Assembly (NCBI GenBank): GCA_018780035.1
Contig: JADMKE010000003.1
Location: 146,753-210,752 of the forward strand
DNA from: Candidatus Sericytochromatia bacterium
GTDB lineage: Bacteria > Cyanobacteriota > Sericytochromatia > UBA7694
DNA length: 64,000 nt
Reading direction: 5' to 3'
Shown in pieces: positions 10,058-19,344 of the stretch. The position numbers were made by a program, and so were the translations under genes. The stretch's first letter is position 1; each line of letters begins with the position of its first letter. The notes under the pieces are model-generated. The model saw nothing but the letters and a program-made list of their open reading frames with translations. It did not search any database and was not told the DNA's origin.

Positions 10058-10253
10058 ACAGGCGCAAAAATGGGGGGTCGGGATATATTATAGCTGTATG
10101 GCAGATTTTTCTGACTCCAAAAAACAAAAAGGGCCTTGAATTGCTCTAAAATCAGGGCGATTTAACATCCCCATTTGGAATACTATTTTTTAAAGTTTGT
10201 GCTACATTTTGACTACGCTCTCTGTTACAATAAGGGGTATAGCTGAAAGTTAA

Positions 10254-10562
10254 ATGAGTTTTGGACGAGTTTTGGACAAACATGGGATGACGAATATGAA
10301 CCGAAAAACCACATCTGAATTTTTTATGACACCGGAAGGGCTCCGATTTCAGATTTGCAATCGCAGCCTTCATTGGCTGGACAATATTCCTGTCTCAGAC
10401 CAGCAACCGACTTCAATCGAAATGACTGAAATGTTGTTTGGCTGGTACCTGTCTCAACGGGAACTGCCTTTGCCCCACGGTGAAGAAGGCGATCAAATTT
10501 TGGGAGAGGCTTTTGCTGAATTATTGGGTGGCCAAGCACTCAAGACAAAAGTGTCTGCTTAG
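10254..10562 (+). CDS. hypothetical small protein (weak call)
   Basis: 102-aa ORF in an otherwise non-coding gap. No SD and no recognisable domain. Confidence 0.2.
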   Translation: MSFGRVLDKHGMTNMNRKTTSEFFMTPEGLRFQICNRSLHWLDNIPVSDQQPTSIEMTEMLFGWYLSQRELPLPHGEEGDQILGEAFAELLGGQALKTKVSA

Positions 10563-10599
10563 AACCCATTCCGCAAACGGAAGCTCAAGAAAAACACCC

Positions 10600-11130
10600 A
10601 TGGATATTGCACTTTGGAGCCGAGTACTGCATTTTTCTGCCCAGAAACATGCAGGTCAATTGCGCAAAGATGGTTTAACGCCTTATATCAACCATCCCAT
10701 TGAGGTCGCCTATGTGCTTACAGAGGTAGGCAGAGTGAGCGATCCCGCTTTGGTTATGGCTGCGCTCCTGCATGACACCTTAGAAGACACCCAGACCACA
10801 ACCGCCGAACTGGCAAATGCCTTTGGTGACGAGGTTTGCAGCCTGGTTCAAGCGGTCAGCGATGACAAATCTTTGCCCAAAGCCGAACGCAAAAGATTAC
10901 AAATTGAACATGCGTCCGATTTAAACCCCAAAGCCAAGCAAATCAAGCTCGCAGACAAAATCTGCAATCTTCAAGATCTCTTGGCACAACCACCCGACGA
11001 TTGGCCCCTGTCGCGCCGATTGGCCTATTTTGACTGGGCTGAACAGGTCGGCTTGGGGTTGCGTGGTGTCAATGCGGCTCTGGAAGCCCATTTTGATCAG
11101 GTTTTAGCGCGAAGGACTGAACTGCATTGA
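10600..11130 (+). CDS. HD-domain guanosine polyphosphate pyrophosphohydrolase-like protein (SpoT/Mesh1-type HD domain)
   Basis: Motifs YINHPIEVA and LLHDTLEDT (the His-Asp signature of the RelA/SpoT hydrolase domain), plus LADKICNL. Start taken at MDIALWS; the ORF is open from 10438. Confidence 0.6.
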   Translation: MDIALWSRVLHFSAQKHAGQLRKDGLTPYINHPIEVAYVLTEVGRVSDPALVMAALLHDTLEDTQTTTAELANAFGDEVCSLVQAVSDDKSLPKAERKRLQIEHASDLNPKAKQIKLADKICNLQDLLAQPPDDWPLSRRLAYFDWAEQVGLGLRGVNAALEAHFDQVLARRTELH

Positions 11131-11632
11131 GTCCCAGATCTTTAAGCAATTGCTCTAGCCAAGCCAATCCCGACTTCAGGGCATAGGTTCTGGGAATATG
11201 TACAAAAGCTGAGGGTATCCCGCTTTCTTGGGCGTGGCGTCCCAAGATATACATTGAATAATTGCAAACATACCTACCCGCATCGTAAGAAATGCGGGTA
11301 TCACTGCGTACGGGCAATTTCCAACTTAAGTGAATGTGTTCGGGTTGAAGTGGATCAATTGCCTGATCGAGCCCCAGGCGGCGATCCCGCATCTGATTAA
11401 AGGCGCGGCGTTCCAAGCGCAATAAATCGCCCCTGGGACATTGGCCCAAACCCAAAATATAGTCTGGATTAAAGAGCTTAACAGGTTCTAAAAACAGATC
11501 TCGTTCAAATCTGACGGGCAAAACTTGGGTATTTACCCCCGGCCGCTCTGGCAAAAGATTTAACATTTCTTGGGTGATATTTTTGCGGTATTGGCGAAAG
11601 GGGCCAAAGCCATAAATCCAAATTTTGGGCAT
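11069..11632 (-). CDS. pcp: pyroglutamyl-peptidase I (peptidase C15)
   Basis: Begins MPKIWIYGFGPF (the Pcp N-terminal signature). Carries the catalytic Cys in a GRYVCNYSMY context and a conserved His (VHIP). ATG at 11630-11632. Confidence 0.7.
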   Translation of the reverse strand: MPKIWIYGFGPFRQYRKNITQEMLNLLPERPGVNTQVLPVRFERDLFLEPVKLFNPDYILGLGQCPRGDLLRLERRAFNQMRDRRLGLDQAIDPLQPEHIHLSWKLPVRSDTRISYDAGRYVCNYSMYILGRHAQESGIPSAFVHIPRTYALKSGLAWLEQLLKDLGLNAVQSFALKPDQNGLPEPH

Positions 11633-11758
11633 CTTTGATCTCTTTCTAAGTGTGCCTTTGGGGTCCATTTTTGAGGGGATTTTTAACCTCTGCGTATGAT
11701 AGTATAAAAACAGGGTAATAGTAAAATCGGGCGGGTCTCCCCCCACAAGGAGCACGGC

Positions 11759-11980
11759 ATGAATTTGGAATATGAAGCGGATGTCGCTGAAGAAGACGAA
11801 GATCATGATGAAGCCTTGGGCGAAGAGTCAGATTCTTCTGTCTCTCTGATTATGGATAGCAGCGAAGAATTTGACCTTTCCGATGCGGATTCAGACGAGA
11901 GTGAAGACGACGATTATTATGAGACTGATTCAGATTTTGATGGCGACTACGATGATTCCGGGGGCGATAGCGGATTCTGA
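11759..11980 (+). CDS. hyper-acidic small protein (73 aa, over 50% Asp/Glu, Ser-rich)
   Basis: aaggag-type SD 6 nt upstream of the ATG. Sequence MNLEYEADVAEEDEDHDEALGEESDSS...DYDDSGGDSGF. Abuts the next gene. Confidence 0.5.
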   Translation: MNLEYEADVAEEDEDHDEALGEESDSSVSLIMDSSEEFDLSDADSDESEDDDYYETDSDFDGDYDDSGGDSGF

Positions 11981-12066
11981 TTCCTGAGCAGCCCCAGGAG
12001 CTGGTACGGTTTGAAGCGGCAAAGGTCTTAGAAGGGCAGGACCCTGCAGCGGCAAAACAGGCTTAT

Positions 12067-14097
12067 TTGGCCCTGTACCAGGATTTTCCCGATCTTCCCA
12101 ATTTGGCCTTTCGCTTGGGGCTTTTGTCTCAGGAGGAAGATCCGGAAATGGCGCTGATCTATTACAAACAAGAATTGGAAACACGCCCCCATTTTTGGGC
12201 CTGTCGCAACAATTTGGCTCTGTTATTACAGGCCCAGGGCCAATTTTCAGAGGCCAAAGCACAGTTTGAATGGGCTTTGTCAGATTGTCCCGAACCCATC
12301 GCCCAAGCCCGCATCTGGGAAAGTTTGGGAGACCTGTGGCAAGCGGAATCTTCTGCTGAGGCGATACGTGAGGCCTTAAAGGCCTATCAAAAGGCCCATG
12401 AAATTTCTCCACGCACCCCTCGCATATACTGGAAAATAGCTCAAATTTGGCGGGCCAGAGGCCAATTGCACTCGGCGATACAGGTTCTGCAAAATTTGAG
12501 CTATTTGATTCCCGAGCGTGCCTCGGTCTGGTTGGCTTTGGCTGAATTGCAAACCGCCAATTTGCAATATAGATCGGCAGAAGAGAGCTTGGAAACGGCT
12601 CTCAAGCGAGAGGCCTCACCCCAAGAAAAGGCCCAGATTTGTCTGCAATTGGCCCACGTGCAAAGTGAGGCAGGAGATCTGAGTCGGGCTGAGCGCTCAT
12701 TGCAAAGGGGCCGTCACTGTTTCCCTCACGATGGATTTAAACTGGCCCAACTTTCGCTATTGCCCCCGATTTATCAAAGCCAAAGTGAATTGGAACAGAC
12801 GCGTCAAAATTGGGAAAAGGCCTTAGAGGCACTGGCTGACGAGGCTGGGCCCCTTCAGATCGCAGATCCCGTGGCCGAAGTGGGTTCTCTGCCTTTTTAT
12901 CTGCCCTATCAGGGCTATAACGACTGTCGTGCCTTGAGTTTGCTCAGCGATATTTACACCCGTTTTTTACCCCCTCAGCCCGGACTGCCGCCCTCTGCCA
13001 AGAACGGGCGCCTGAAAGTGGCAGTTGTCTCTCATTATTTTCACTCCCACTCTCTGATGCAGTGTTTTGGGGGGCTGATTGAAAATTTGGGACGCGAACG
13101 TTTTGAGTTGGGCTTTTTTTCGCTCTCACCCCTGCTGGCGGACGCAACCACCTCAAGATTGCGCCAAAGAGCAGATCATTGGTGTGAATTGCCCTCTTCA
13201 CTGGCCGAGCAAATTCAGACCCTGCTTAAATGGCAACCGGATATTGTCCTTTATACCGATTTGGGCCCCCATTTGCCCACCTGGCTCCTGGGGCAATACC
13301 GACTGGCTCCCGTACAATGGGTCTTTCCCGGCCATCCGGTCACGTCGGGTTCGGCCCAGATTGATGGCTTTATTAGCAGCTGCTGGCTCGACACCCCCGA
13401 GGGCCAATGCCACTATCGCGAAAAACTGTTGCGCCCAGAGTTCTTGCCCACCTTTGTGACTCCCCCCCTGCTTCCTCTGAAGCAAAATATGCGCGCCAAA
13501 TGGGGTTTCACTGACAAGCATAATCTCTATCTCTGCCCTGTCAGTTTGTTTAAACTGCACCCGCTGATGGATGCCCTCTTTGCCGAGATTCTCTCCCAAG
13601 ATCCACAGGGTCTCATTTTGCTGCTGGATCGCCCCCAAAGTGGCCTGGATAAATCGCTTAAAGCCCGCTTTCAAAACAGCCTGGGCAAGTTGGCTGAACG
13701 GATTTGGTTTTTGCCGTGGCTCAATCCAGATGCGTTTATGCAATTGCTGCTCAATGCCGAAGTCTATTTAGAAACCTTTCCCTTTGGCAGCGGAACCACT
13801 CTGTTTTCGGCTTTTGCCTGTGGCATTCCGGTTGTGGCCCTGGCTCCAGAATTTGCACGGGGCCGTTTTGCCGCGATGTTTTATCAGCAAATGGGACTGG
13901 GAGACCTCATCGCCTGTGATCGCTCTGATTATCTCAAAAAAGCCAAAAATTGGGCCACGGACCCCGATTTTCGGGCTGCTGTCAGTCAACGAATTTTGGC
14001 CCACAACCACCGCATTTATCGCTATCCACCCGCTTTGGCCGCTTTTGAAAATGCCCTGATTGAGGCCCATCTGAATGCCGGGGGACGCAGTCTTTGA
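12067..14097 (+). CDS. TPR-repeat protein with C-terminal GT41 (O-GlcNAc transferase/SPINDLY-like) glycosyltransferase domain
   Basis: N-terminal TPR-like helices. The C-terminal half (KVAVVSHYFHSHSL...YLETFPFGSGTTLFSAFACGIPVVALAPEFARGRF) matches the GT41 C-lobe. The frame is open from 11971 with no ATG until 12148, so a non-ATG start (TTG 12067 or CTG 11977) is likely. Confidence 0.65.
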   Translation: MALYQDFPDLPNLAFRLGLLSQEEDPEMALIYYKQELETRPHFWACRNNLALLLQAQGQFSEAKAQFEWALSDCPEPIAQARIWESLGDLWQAESSAEAIREALKAYQKAHEISPRTPRIYWKIAQIWRARGQLHSAIQVLQNLSYLIPERASVWLALAELQTANLQYRSAEESLETALKREASPQEKAQICLQLAHVQSEAGDLSRAERSLQRGRHCFPHDGFKLAQLSLLPPIYQSQSELEQTRQNWEKALEALADEAGPLQIADPVAEVGSLPFYLPYQGYNDCRALSLLSDIYTRFLPPQPGLPPSAKNGRLKVAVVSHYFHSHSLMQCFGGLIENLGRERFELGFFSLSPLLADATTSRLRQRADHWCELPSSLAEQIQTLLKWQPDIVLYTDLGPHLPTWLLGQYRLAPVQWVFPGHPVTSGSAQIDGFISSCWLDTPEGQCHYREKLLRPEFLPTFVTPPLLPLKQNMRAKWGFTDKHNLYLCPVSLFKLHPLMDALFAEILSQDPQGLILLLDRPQSGLDKSLKARFQNSLGKLAERIWFLPWLNPDAFMQLLLNAEVYLETFPFGSGTTLFSAFACGIPVVALAPEFARGRFAAMFYQQMGLGDLIACDRSDYLKKAKNWATDPDFRAAVSQRILAHNHRIYRYPPALAAFENALIEAHLNAGGRSL

Positions 14098-14163
14098 GCT
14101 TGAGAAAGAGGGCAAAAGCAAACGGCCCGGAATCACTTCCGGGCCGCTGAGTCGCGCTCAGTT

Positions 14164-15168
14164 TTAGACCTTAAATCGGGATTCTTCAATGCTCGCAGGA
14201 AATTCCAACGTGGGCAAAGTCAAGCGGAAGTAAGGTTCTTTGCTGCCTGCCTCGTTGTACATTTCCCAGAGCACAATCCCGTAGGTCTGTGGATCATAGC
14301 CAATATGCTCATGGGTCACGCGGCTGTCCATGGTATTGGTGCCGGAAGTGGTCAATTTTAGAATCTGGATCTTTTTGCCATTTAAGGTGGTCGCCCCAAT
14401 CAGCTCGGCGTCATAACCAGACGACATGCGGCGAACCACACCAAAGAAATCGGTGTCATCCAAGGGATACCCATTATTGGAGACCACGCGCTCATCTTTT
14501 TTGTCCAATTCAGTGGTGACAAAGCTCAAATTACCACCGGGGCGGATTTTGATTTTGCTGCCGACGCCCGAGTTATACAACACCTTGGCTCCAGAGGCAC
14601 CCGAAGAGGAGAAAGAAACTTCAATTTTGACCGTATTGGGTTGTTTTGTATACATGCTCAATTTATTGGTCGTGACTTTGCCCGTCTTGAGATTTTTCTC
14701 AATTTTTTCAACCGAGGCCTGAATAAAAGGGGCTGACTTGACTTTGTCGAGCAATTTTTTGAGCTCTTGAGCCCCGCGCTCTTTGGCGGTCAGCTTGGGT
14801 GGGGTTGTGGTCGCAGGTTTGGCGGGGGTCGTTGTGCCCGTTGTTGGCTTGGGGGTTGTTGTCCCTGTTGTGGGTTTTGTGGGCGTGCCTGTACTGGGTT
14901 TGGTTGGGGTGCTGGGTACGGGCAAATCGTCGTCTGCTGCACGCAATTCCAAGGCATCGATCTTTGTTTTAATATCTTCAAGACCCTCCATGATTTTGGG
15001 CAGGGTATCTAAAAGTTTTTGTGTTGTGGCATCGATCGTGCTAGATGTTTGCAACGAAGGAGAAAGGTCTGTGGGATCTTCTTTGCTGCCGCAACCCGGT
15101 AAAAGCACCGAGGCTGAGAGCATTGATGCTGTCAAAATGCGGAACAGTACAGGGCGAAGGGTCATCAT
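14164..15168 (-). CDS. lipoprotein, paralog A (Thr/Pro-rich linker plus ~200-aa C-terminal domain)
   Basis: Lipobox LLPGCGS. Linker TPTKPSTGTPTKPTTGTTTPKPTTGTTTPAKPATTTPP. The C-terminal domain is about 50% identical to the next gene. Confidence 0.6.
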   Translation of the reverse strand: MMTLRPVLFRILTASMLSASVLLPGCGSKEDPTDLSPSLQTSSTIDATTQKLLDTLPKIMEGLEDIKTKIDALELRAADDDLPVPSTPTKPSTGTPTKPTTGTTTPKPTTGTTTPAKPATTTPPKLTAKERGAQELKKLLDKVKSAPFIQASVEKIEKNLKTGKVTTNKLSMYTKQPNTVKIEVSFSSSGASGAKVLYNSGVGSKIKIRPGGNLSFVTTELDKKDERVVSNNGYPLDDTDFFGVVRRMSSGYDAELIGATTLNGKKIQILKLTTSGTNTMDSRVTHEHIGYDPQTYGIVLWEMYNEAGSKEPYFRLTLPTLEFPASIEESRFKV

Positions 15169-15283
15169 GACTTCGTCTTTTACTCCCCAGAATTATTAAT
15201 AATAGGTTATCTTAAGTTAATTATAGTTTAAGGTAATAGAAGCTTGCTTCAAATCTTGAGAAAAATTTGTAACTGCTTATATT

Positions 15284-16285
15284 CTAAAGCTTGAAGGTGC
15301 TTTCTGGCAAAGAGTCGAGGTACTCAATGCTGGGCAACACAATTCGGAAAAAGGGCTCTTTGCCACCACTTTTATCATACATCTCCATCATGCGAATGGC
15401 ATAGGTCTGGGGATCATAGCCAATATGTTCATAGGCAATTTGGGCATTTAAGCTGTGGGTGCCATTGGGCACGACCTTGAGAATATTCACTTTACTGCCA
15501 GCCACGGTGGCAGTGCCAAGCAAAGTGGCTTTATAACCCGACGACAGGCGTTTGGTGGCACCAAAGAAATCGGTGTCATCCAGCGGGAATTTATTCACAG
15601 AAATCAGGCGTTCATCCGTTTTGTCGAGGTCGGTGACGACAAAACTCAGGGCCCCTTGGGGACGGACCTTGACTTTGTTGCCCACCCCAGAGGTATAGAG
15701 AATTTTGGTTCCGGGGGGGCTTTTGCTCGATTGCAAAACTTCAATTTTGACTGTATTGGGCTGGCGGGTTGAGAGTTTGAGCTTATTGGTAACGGTGCTG
15801 CCATTTTGCAGGTGTTTTTCGATTTTTTCAATGGTACATTGAACCGCTCCCGCAGAGGTAAAGGTGCTCAGAACCTTCATCAATTCTGCTTGGCCTTTTT
15901 CAGCTGCACTGGGGGCCGCTGGTTTGGCGGGTGCTTTGGCAGGAGCGGTTGATGTTGTTGGCTTGCTGGGGGTGCGTGGCGGCGTGGTCGTCGGTTTGGT
16001 GCCTGAAGCCGCTGGGGTCACTGTGGGAGCCGAGGGTTGGGTTGTTGCTGCCACGGGTTGAACTTCCAGGGCTACAATTCGGGCCTTGATATCGTCAATC
16101 CCGGCCATAATTTTGGGCAGGCTGGCCAAAATCTGCTCGGTTTGAGCATTGTTGGCAGGGGTTAAGGCTGCAGATTGGGTTAAAGGGGCGCTTGGCAACT
16201 CTTCAGAGCCTGTGCCACAGGCACTCAAAATCAAGCTGCTTGCTAAAAAAACGGAACTGATCCGGGGCCAAATGGATGAACGCAT
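15284..16285 (-). CDS. lipoprotein, paralog B (tandem duplicate of previous gene)
   Basis: Lipobox LILSACGT. Shares with paralog A the LPKIM-GI-DIKA-I-ALE helix, a T/P/A-rich linker and the C-terminal domain (GYDPQTY, PLDDTDFFG, KEP-FR--LP). Confidence 0.6.
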   Translation of the reverse strand: MRSSIWPRISSVFLASSLILSACGTGSEELPSAPLTQSAALTPANNAQTEQILASLPKIMAGIDDIKARIVALEVQPVAATTQPSAPTVTPAASGTKPTTTPPRTPSKPTTSTAPAKAPAKPAAPSAAEKGQAELMKVLSTFTSAGAVQCTIEKIEKHLQNGSTVTNKLKLSTRQPNTVKIEVLQSSKSPPGTKILYTSGVGNKVKVRPQGALSFVVTDLDKTDERLISVNKFPLDDTDFFGATKRLSSGYKATLLGTATVAGSKVNILKVVPNGTHSLNAQIAYEHIGYDPQTYAIRMMEMYDKSGGKEPFFRIVLPSIEYLDSLPESTFKL

Positions 16286-16398
16286 ACTCTCTACTCTCCA
16301 GGGCCTGAGCTTCAGGCTTTTGATACAAGTCTTATCCCTGTTTGGGATTGCAAACTTGCAAGAGAAATATTAAATTAAATCAAAGACAAGGATAAATA

Positions 16399-17121
16399 AT
16401 GGTCAAGATAGATACATTCAGTTTTTTTCGTGTCGGTATAAATGTGTTTTTGAGTTTGATCCTGGGGCTGGTGAGCCCCTCATTGGCGTTGGCTTACACA
16501 GATGCAGACCTCTTGCCTTTGCTCAGAGAAATCATCGCTGAAACGTATCCCGAACTTAAAGACATCACACTCACAACCGGCAGTTTTTCAGAAAGTGACA
16601 GTTTTTTTCAAAGTAATTTTGAGCTACAGAGCTTGTTTTCTGAGCAGCCCATTTATCGGATTGAGGTCAATCCACGCATCTGGCGGCTTTCTCTCCCACC
16701 ATTGGCGCTTAAAGCCGTTTTGGCTCACGAATTGGCCCATACCCGCGACTATCACCTGGGCAAAAACGCTGGGGCTCACAAGCTGCAAAATGTCCTCTGT
16801 GTACTCAATCAATTGCGCCTCTACGAAAGTTTGCGCACTTACGAACATCGCACAGATCTGCAGGCCATTTTCAGGGGCTTTGGGCCGGGATTAAAGCAAT
16901 ACCGCGAATGGCTCTATCCCCTCCTCAATGCCGAAGAGTTGGCACGTAAGCAAGAAGTTTATTACACCCCTGCAGAAATAGTGGCCCTGATGCAGGCCCT
17001 CAGTCTCAGTGAAAAAGCAGGCAAAAAAAGCGAACTTTTGCATTATTGGCTGGAAAAAGTGCCGTTAAACCTGGTTGAGATCCAAATGGGAATCCGCCAA
17101 TTTGGCTTGACGGGTTCATAA
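16399..17121 (+). CDS. secreted HExxH-motif protein (putative Zn-metallopeptidase-like)
   Basis: Signal peptide (FLSLILGLVSPSLALA) and a single HEXXH in AVLAHELAHTRDYHL. About 240 aa. Confidence 0.45.
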   Translation: MVKIDTFSFFRVGINVFLSLILGLVSPSLALAYTDADLLPLLREIIAETYPELKDITLTTGSFSESDSFFQSNFELQSLFSEQPIYRIEVNPRIWRLSLPPLALKAVLAHELAHTRDYHLGKNAGAHKLQNVLCVLNQLRLYESLRTYEHRTDLQAIFRGFGPGLKQYREWLYPLLNAEELARKQEVYYTPAEIVALMQALSLSEKAGKKSELLHYWLEKVPLNLVEIQMGIRQFGLTGS

Positions 17122-17140
17122 CGTGGCCTTTTGTTGCTGC

Positions 17141-17920
17141 TTAGGGGGCTTGGGCACAGCCTTCATACGTGCTACCGCGAAAAGATATTGTGGCTTTATA
17201 GGCATAATTTTGAGCCCCATCTTGGCAGGGCTCTTTGCTTAAGGTGGCCTGCATGGCTTCGGTTTCGGGAGAGCGGTAACGAAAGGTGTACTTGGATTGA
17301 TTCCCGTTCTGTTCAGGGGCTTGCCAGATCAGGCTTTCGACAATCGGGAACTCCCCTTCCAAAGACTTAAAGTAGACCGCATTTTTGGTCAAAACCCGCA
17401 GGGTCCATTCGGGACTGTGGCCAAAAGCGACAAAATCACTTTTAAAACAGGTGCCTGAACTCAGCCATGTCTGTACGACCTTGACCGACTTTACGCTTAG
17501 GGATTTGCGATAGCCAGAGGCAAAGCCCTCTCCAGAGGTCAAAGGTGCTATGGATCCAATCAGTTCAACATAAACGGGTTCAAGGTCGATCAGGCCTTTG
17601 AGAGCGGCGTGGCGCTTGAGTAGCTCGCCGTTGGCATCTTCGACCCAGATTTCTTCTTTGCTGCCACAGGCTTTAAACAATTGTAAGCCCTCTCCGGCCA
17701 TAAATAAACCTTGAAAAACGCCGACTTCAGTAACGGGGTCTGAGGACCCAGACGCCTTGATTTTGGTGGGCTTGGCCGAAGGTGTTGGAGCAGAACTCTC
17801 TGTTGCCGTTGAGCTTGAGCCAATTGGCCCAGGAGAAGAAGTGGCTTGGGTATTCTCTTCGGTCGGAGGACAGCCGGAGAGCAGCAAACAAACGAGAAAC
17901 AAGCCCAATTTTAAACGCAT
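17141..17920 (-). CDS. lipoprotein (Ser/Thr-rich linker), function unknown
   Basis: MRLKLGLFLVCLLLSGC lipobox. The ORF is open to 17950; the start was chosen at the Met preceding the signal peptide. Confidence 0.5.
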   Translation of the reverse strand: MRLKLGLFLVCLLLSGCPPTEENTQATSSPGPIGSSSTATESSAPTPSAKPTKIKASGSSDPVTEVGVFQGLFMAGEGLQLFKACGSKEEIWVEDANGELLKRHAALKGLIDLEPVYVELIGSIAPLTSGEGFASGYRKSLSVKSVKVVQTWLSSGTCFKSDFVAFGHSPEWTLRVLTKNAVYFKSLEGEFPIVESLIWQAPEQNGNQSKYTFRYRSPETEAMQATLSKEPCQDGAQNYAYKATISFRGSTYEGCAQAP

Positions 17921-18096
17921 TTTTTTCTCCTTTTTCAGACCACCCAACACCTTTGCATACTAACTCCAATTGCCAAGGATCGCCAAGCCTGTTCTTGCGC
18001 TTCGGACCTGTATTGCGATTGTTCTGCGACAGTGGCAGACTGAAGGCACCGGGTTTTGATGCATCCACCCAGCTTAAACGAAAAAGGAAACCGCTG

Positions 18097-19272
18097 ATGG
18101 ATCTGAGCTTTGTTGTGGGTTGGTTCATTTGCGCCTTTTGGCTGGGCCTGATCTGGCGACTTTTTCAGCCTGGTTTTGAACTGGAGTCAGAGGCTTCTGC
18201 GTATCCAGAGCCGGAGATTTGGCCAAAGGTTTCGATTATTGTGCCCGCTCGCAATGAGGCTCAGGCCATTTCTGCTTGTCTGGAAAAGTTGCTGGCTTTG
18301 GACTACCCTGATTTGGAAATCATGGCCGTCAATGATCGCTCTCAAGATGCCACGGGAGAAATGATGACATCCTGGGCCAACCAAGATGGCCGCTTAAAAG
18401 TCGTTACCCTTACAGACAAACCTACAGATTGGCTGGGAAAAACCCATGCCATTTGGCAAGGCGTTCAAATGGCCACGGGTGAGTGGCTTTTGTTTATGGA
18501 TGGGGATATTTTTTTAACCCCAGACTGTCTGAAATTGGCTGTGCGTTTTGCCGAAGGACGCAAAGTGGATCAGCTCAGTTTGTTTCCCGACTTTCTCCCC
18601 GGTGGCTATTGGGAAAATCTGTTTATCTGTCATTTTGGAATCATGTTCTTTTCGGTATACGATCTTTCTGGCCTTGAGAATCCCAGGCGCAAATTCAGTT
18701 ATACGGGCATCGGTGCCTTTGGCCTTTTTAAACGGGAGAGTTATTTGGCCTGTGGCGGCCACCAAACCTTGGCTTTAGAAGTGATCGATGACGTGCAATT
18801 GGGGCATTTGCTCAAACGCGAAGGATTCAAAATTAGCGCACTCTTTGCCCGACAGCGGGTTCAATTGCGTTGGCATCAGGGAGTCAAAGGTCTGTTTAAA
18901 GGGTTGGAAAAAAATGCCTTTGCAGGGATCCGCTATTCATGGTCACTCTTGCTGCTGTTTACGGCCACTGTGGGGGTATTTTATCTTTTTCCCTATCTGG
19001 CCCTGGTGATCTGGCCAGGCCTGCAAAGCAGTGGCTATGCAATGGCTCTGCTGCTGGTCCATGGCCTCTATTTTTTCAAAGGATATGAATTCTGCAAAAA
19101 TCCCTGGATTGGACTGGCCGCCCCGCTGGGAGCCTTGCTCAATTTGGTCACGTTCTGGCATTCTGCTCTTAAAACACAGTGGCAAAAAGGGATTTATTGG
19201 CGCGAGGACTTTTACCCACTCAAGGCCCTAAAAGCCCAGATGTACCGAGGCAAGCGCTTGACAAAGCCCTGA
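18097..19272 (+). CDS. family 2 glycosyltransferase, membrane-integrated (HpnI/ceramide-glucosyltransferase-like)
   Basis: VSIIVPARNE and AVNDRSQD (the DxD region), a DGD motif and Q-xx-RW-like QRVQLRWHQG, plus multiple C-terminal TM helices. ATG at 18097 (MDLSFVVGW). Confidence 0.7.
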   Translation: MDLSFVVGWFICAFWLGLIWRLFQPGFELESEASAYPEPEIWPKVSIIVPARNEAQAISACLEKLLALDYPDLEIMAVNDRSQDATGEMMTSWANQDGRLKVVTLTDKPTDWLGKTHAIWQGVQMATGEWLLFMDGDIFLTPDCLKLAVRFAEGRKVDQLSLFPDFLPGGYWENLFICHFGIMFFSVYDLSGLENPRRKFSYTGIGAFGLFKRESYLACGGHQTLALEVIDDVQLGHLLKREGFKISALFARQRVQLRWHQGVKGLFKGLEKNAFAGIRYSWSLLLLFTATVGVFYLFPYLALVIWPGLQSSGYAMALLLVHGLYFFKGYEFCKNPWIGLAAPLGALLNLVTFWHSALKTQWQKGIYWREDFYPLKALKAQMYRGKRLTKP

Positions 19273-19344
19273 GAATCACCTATTCTCGAAACTAAATTCC
19301 AGCTAATTTTCTCGGATCCAAAAATATGCGAAAGCAGGGCCACC

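Noticed and set aside
16346-16361. Palindrome ATTGCAAACTTGCAAG in a divergent promoter region as a regulator binding site
   Set aside because: A single short site without a second copy or a known consensus match is too weak to call.
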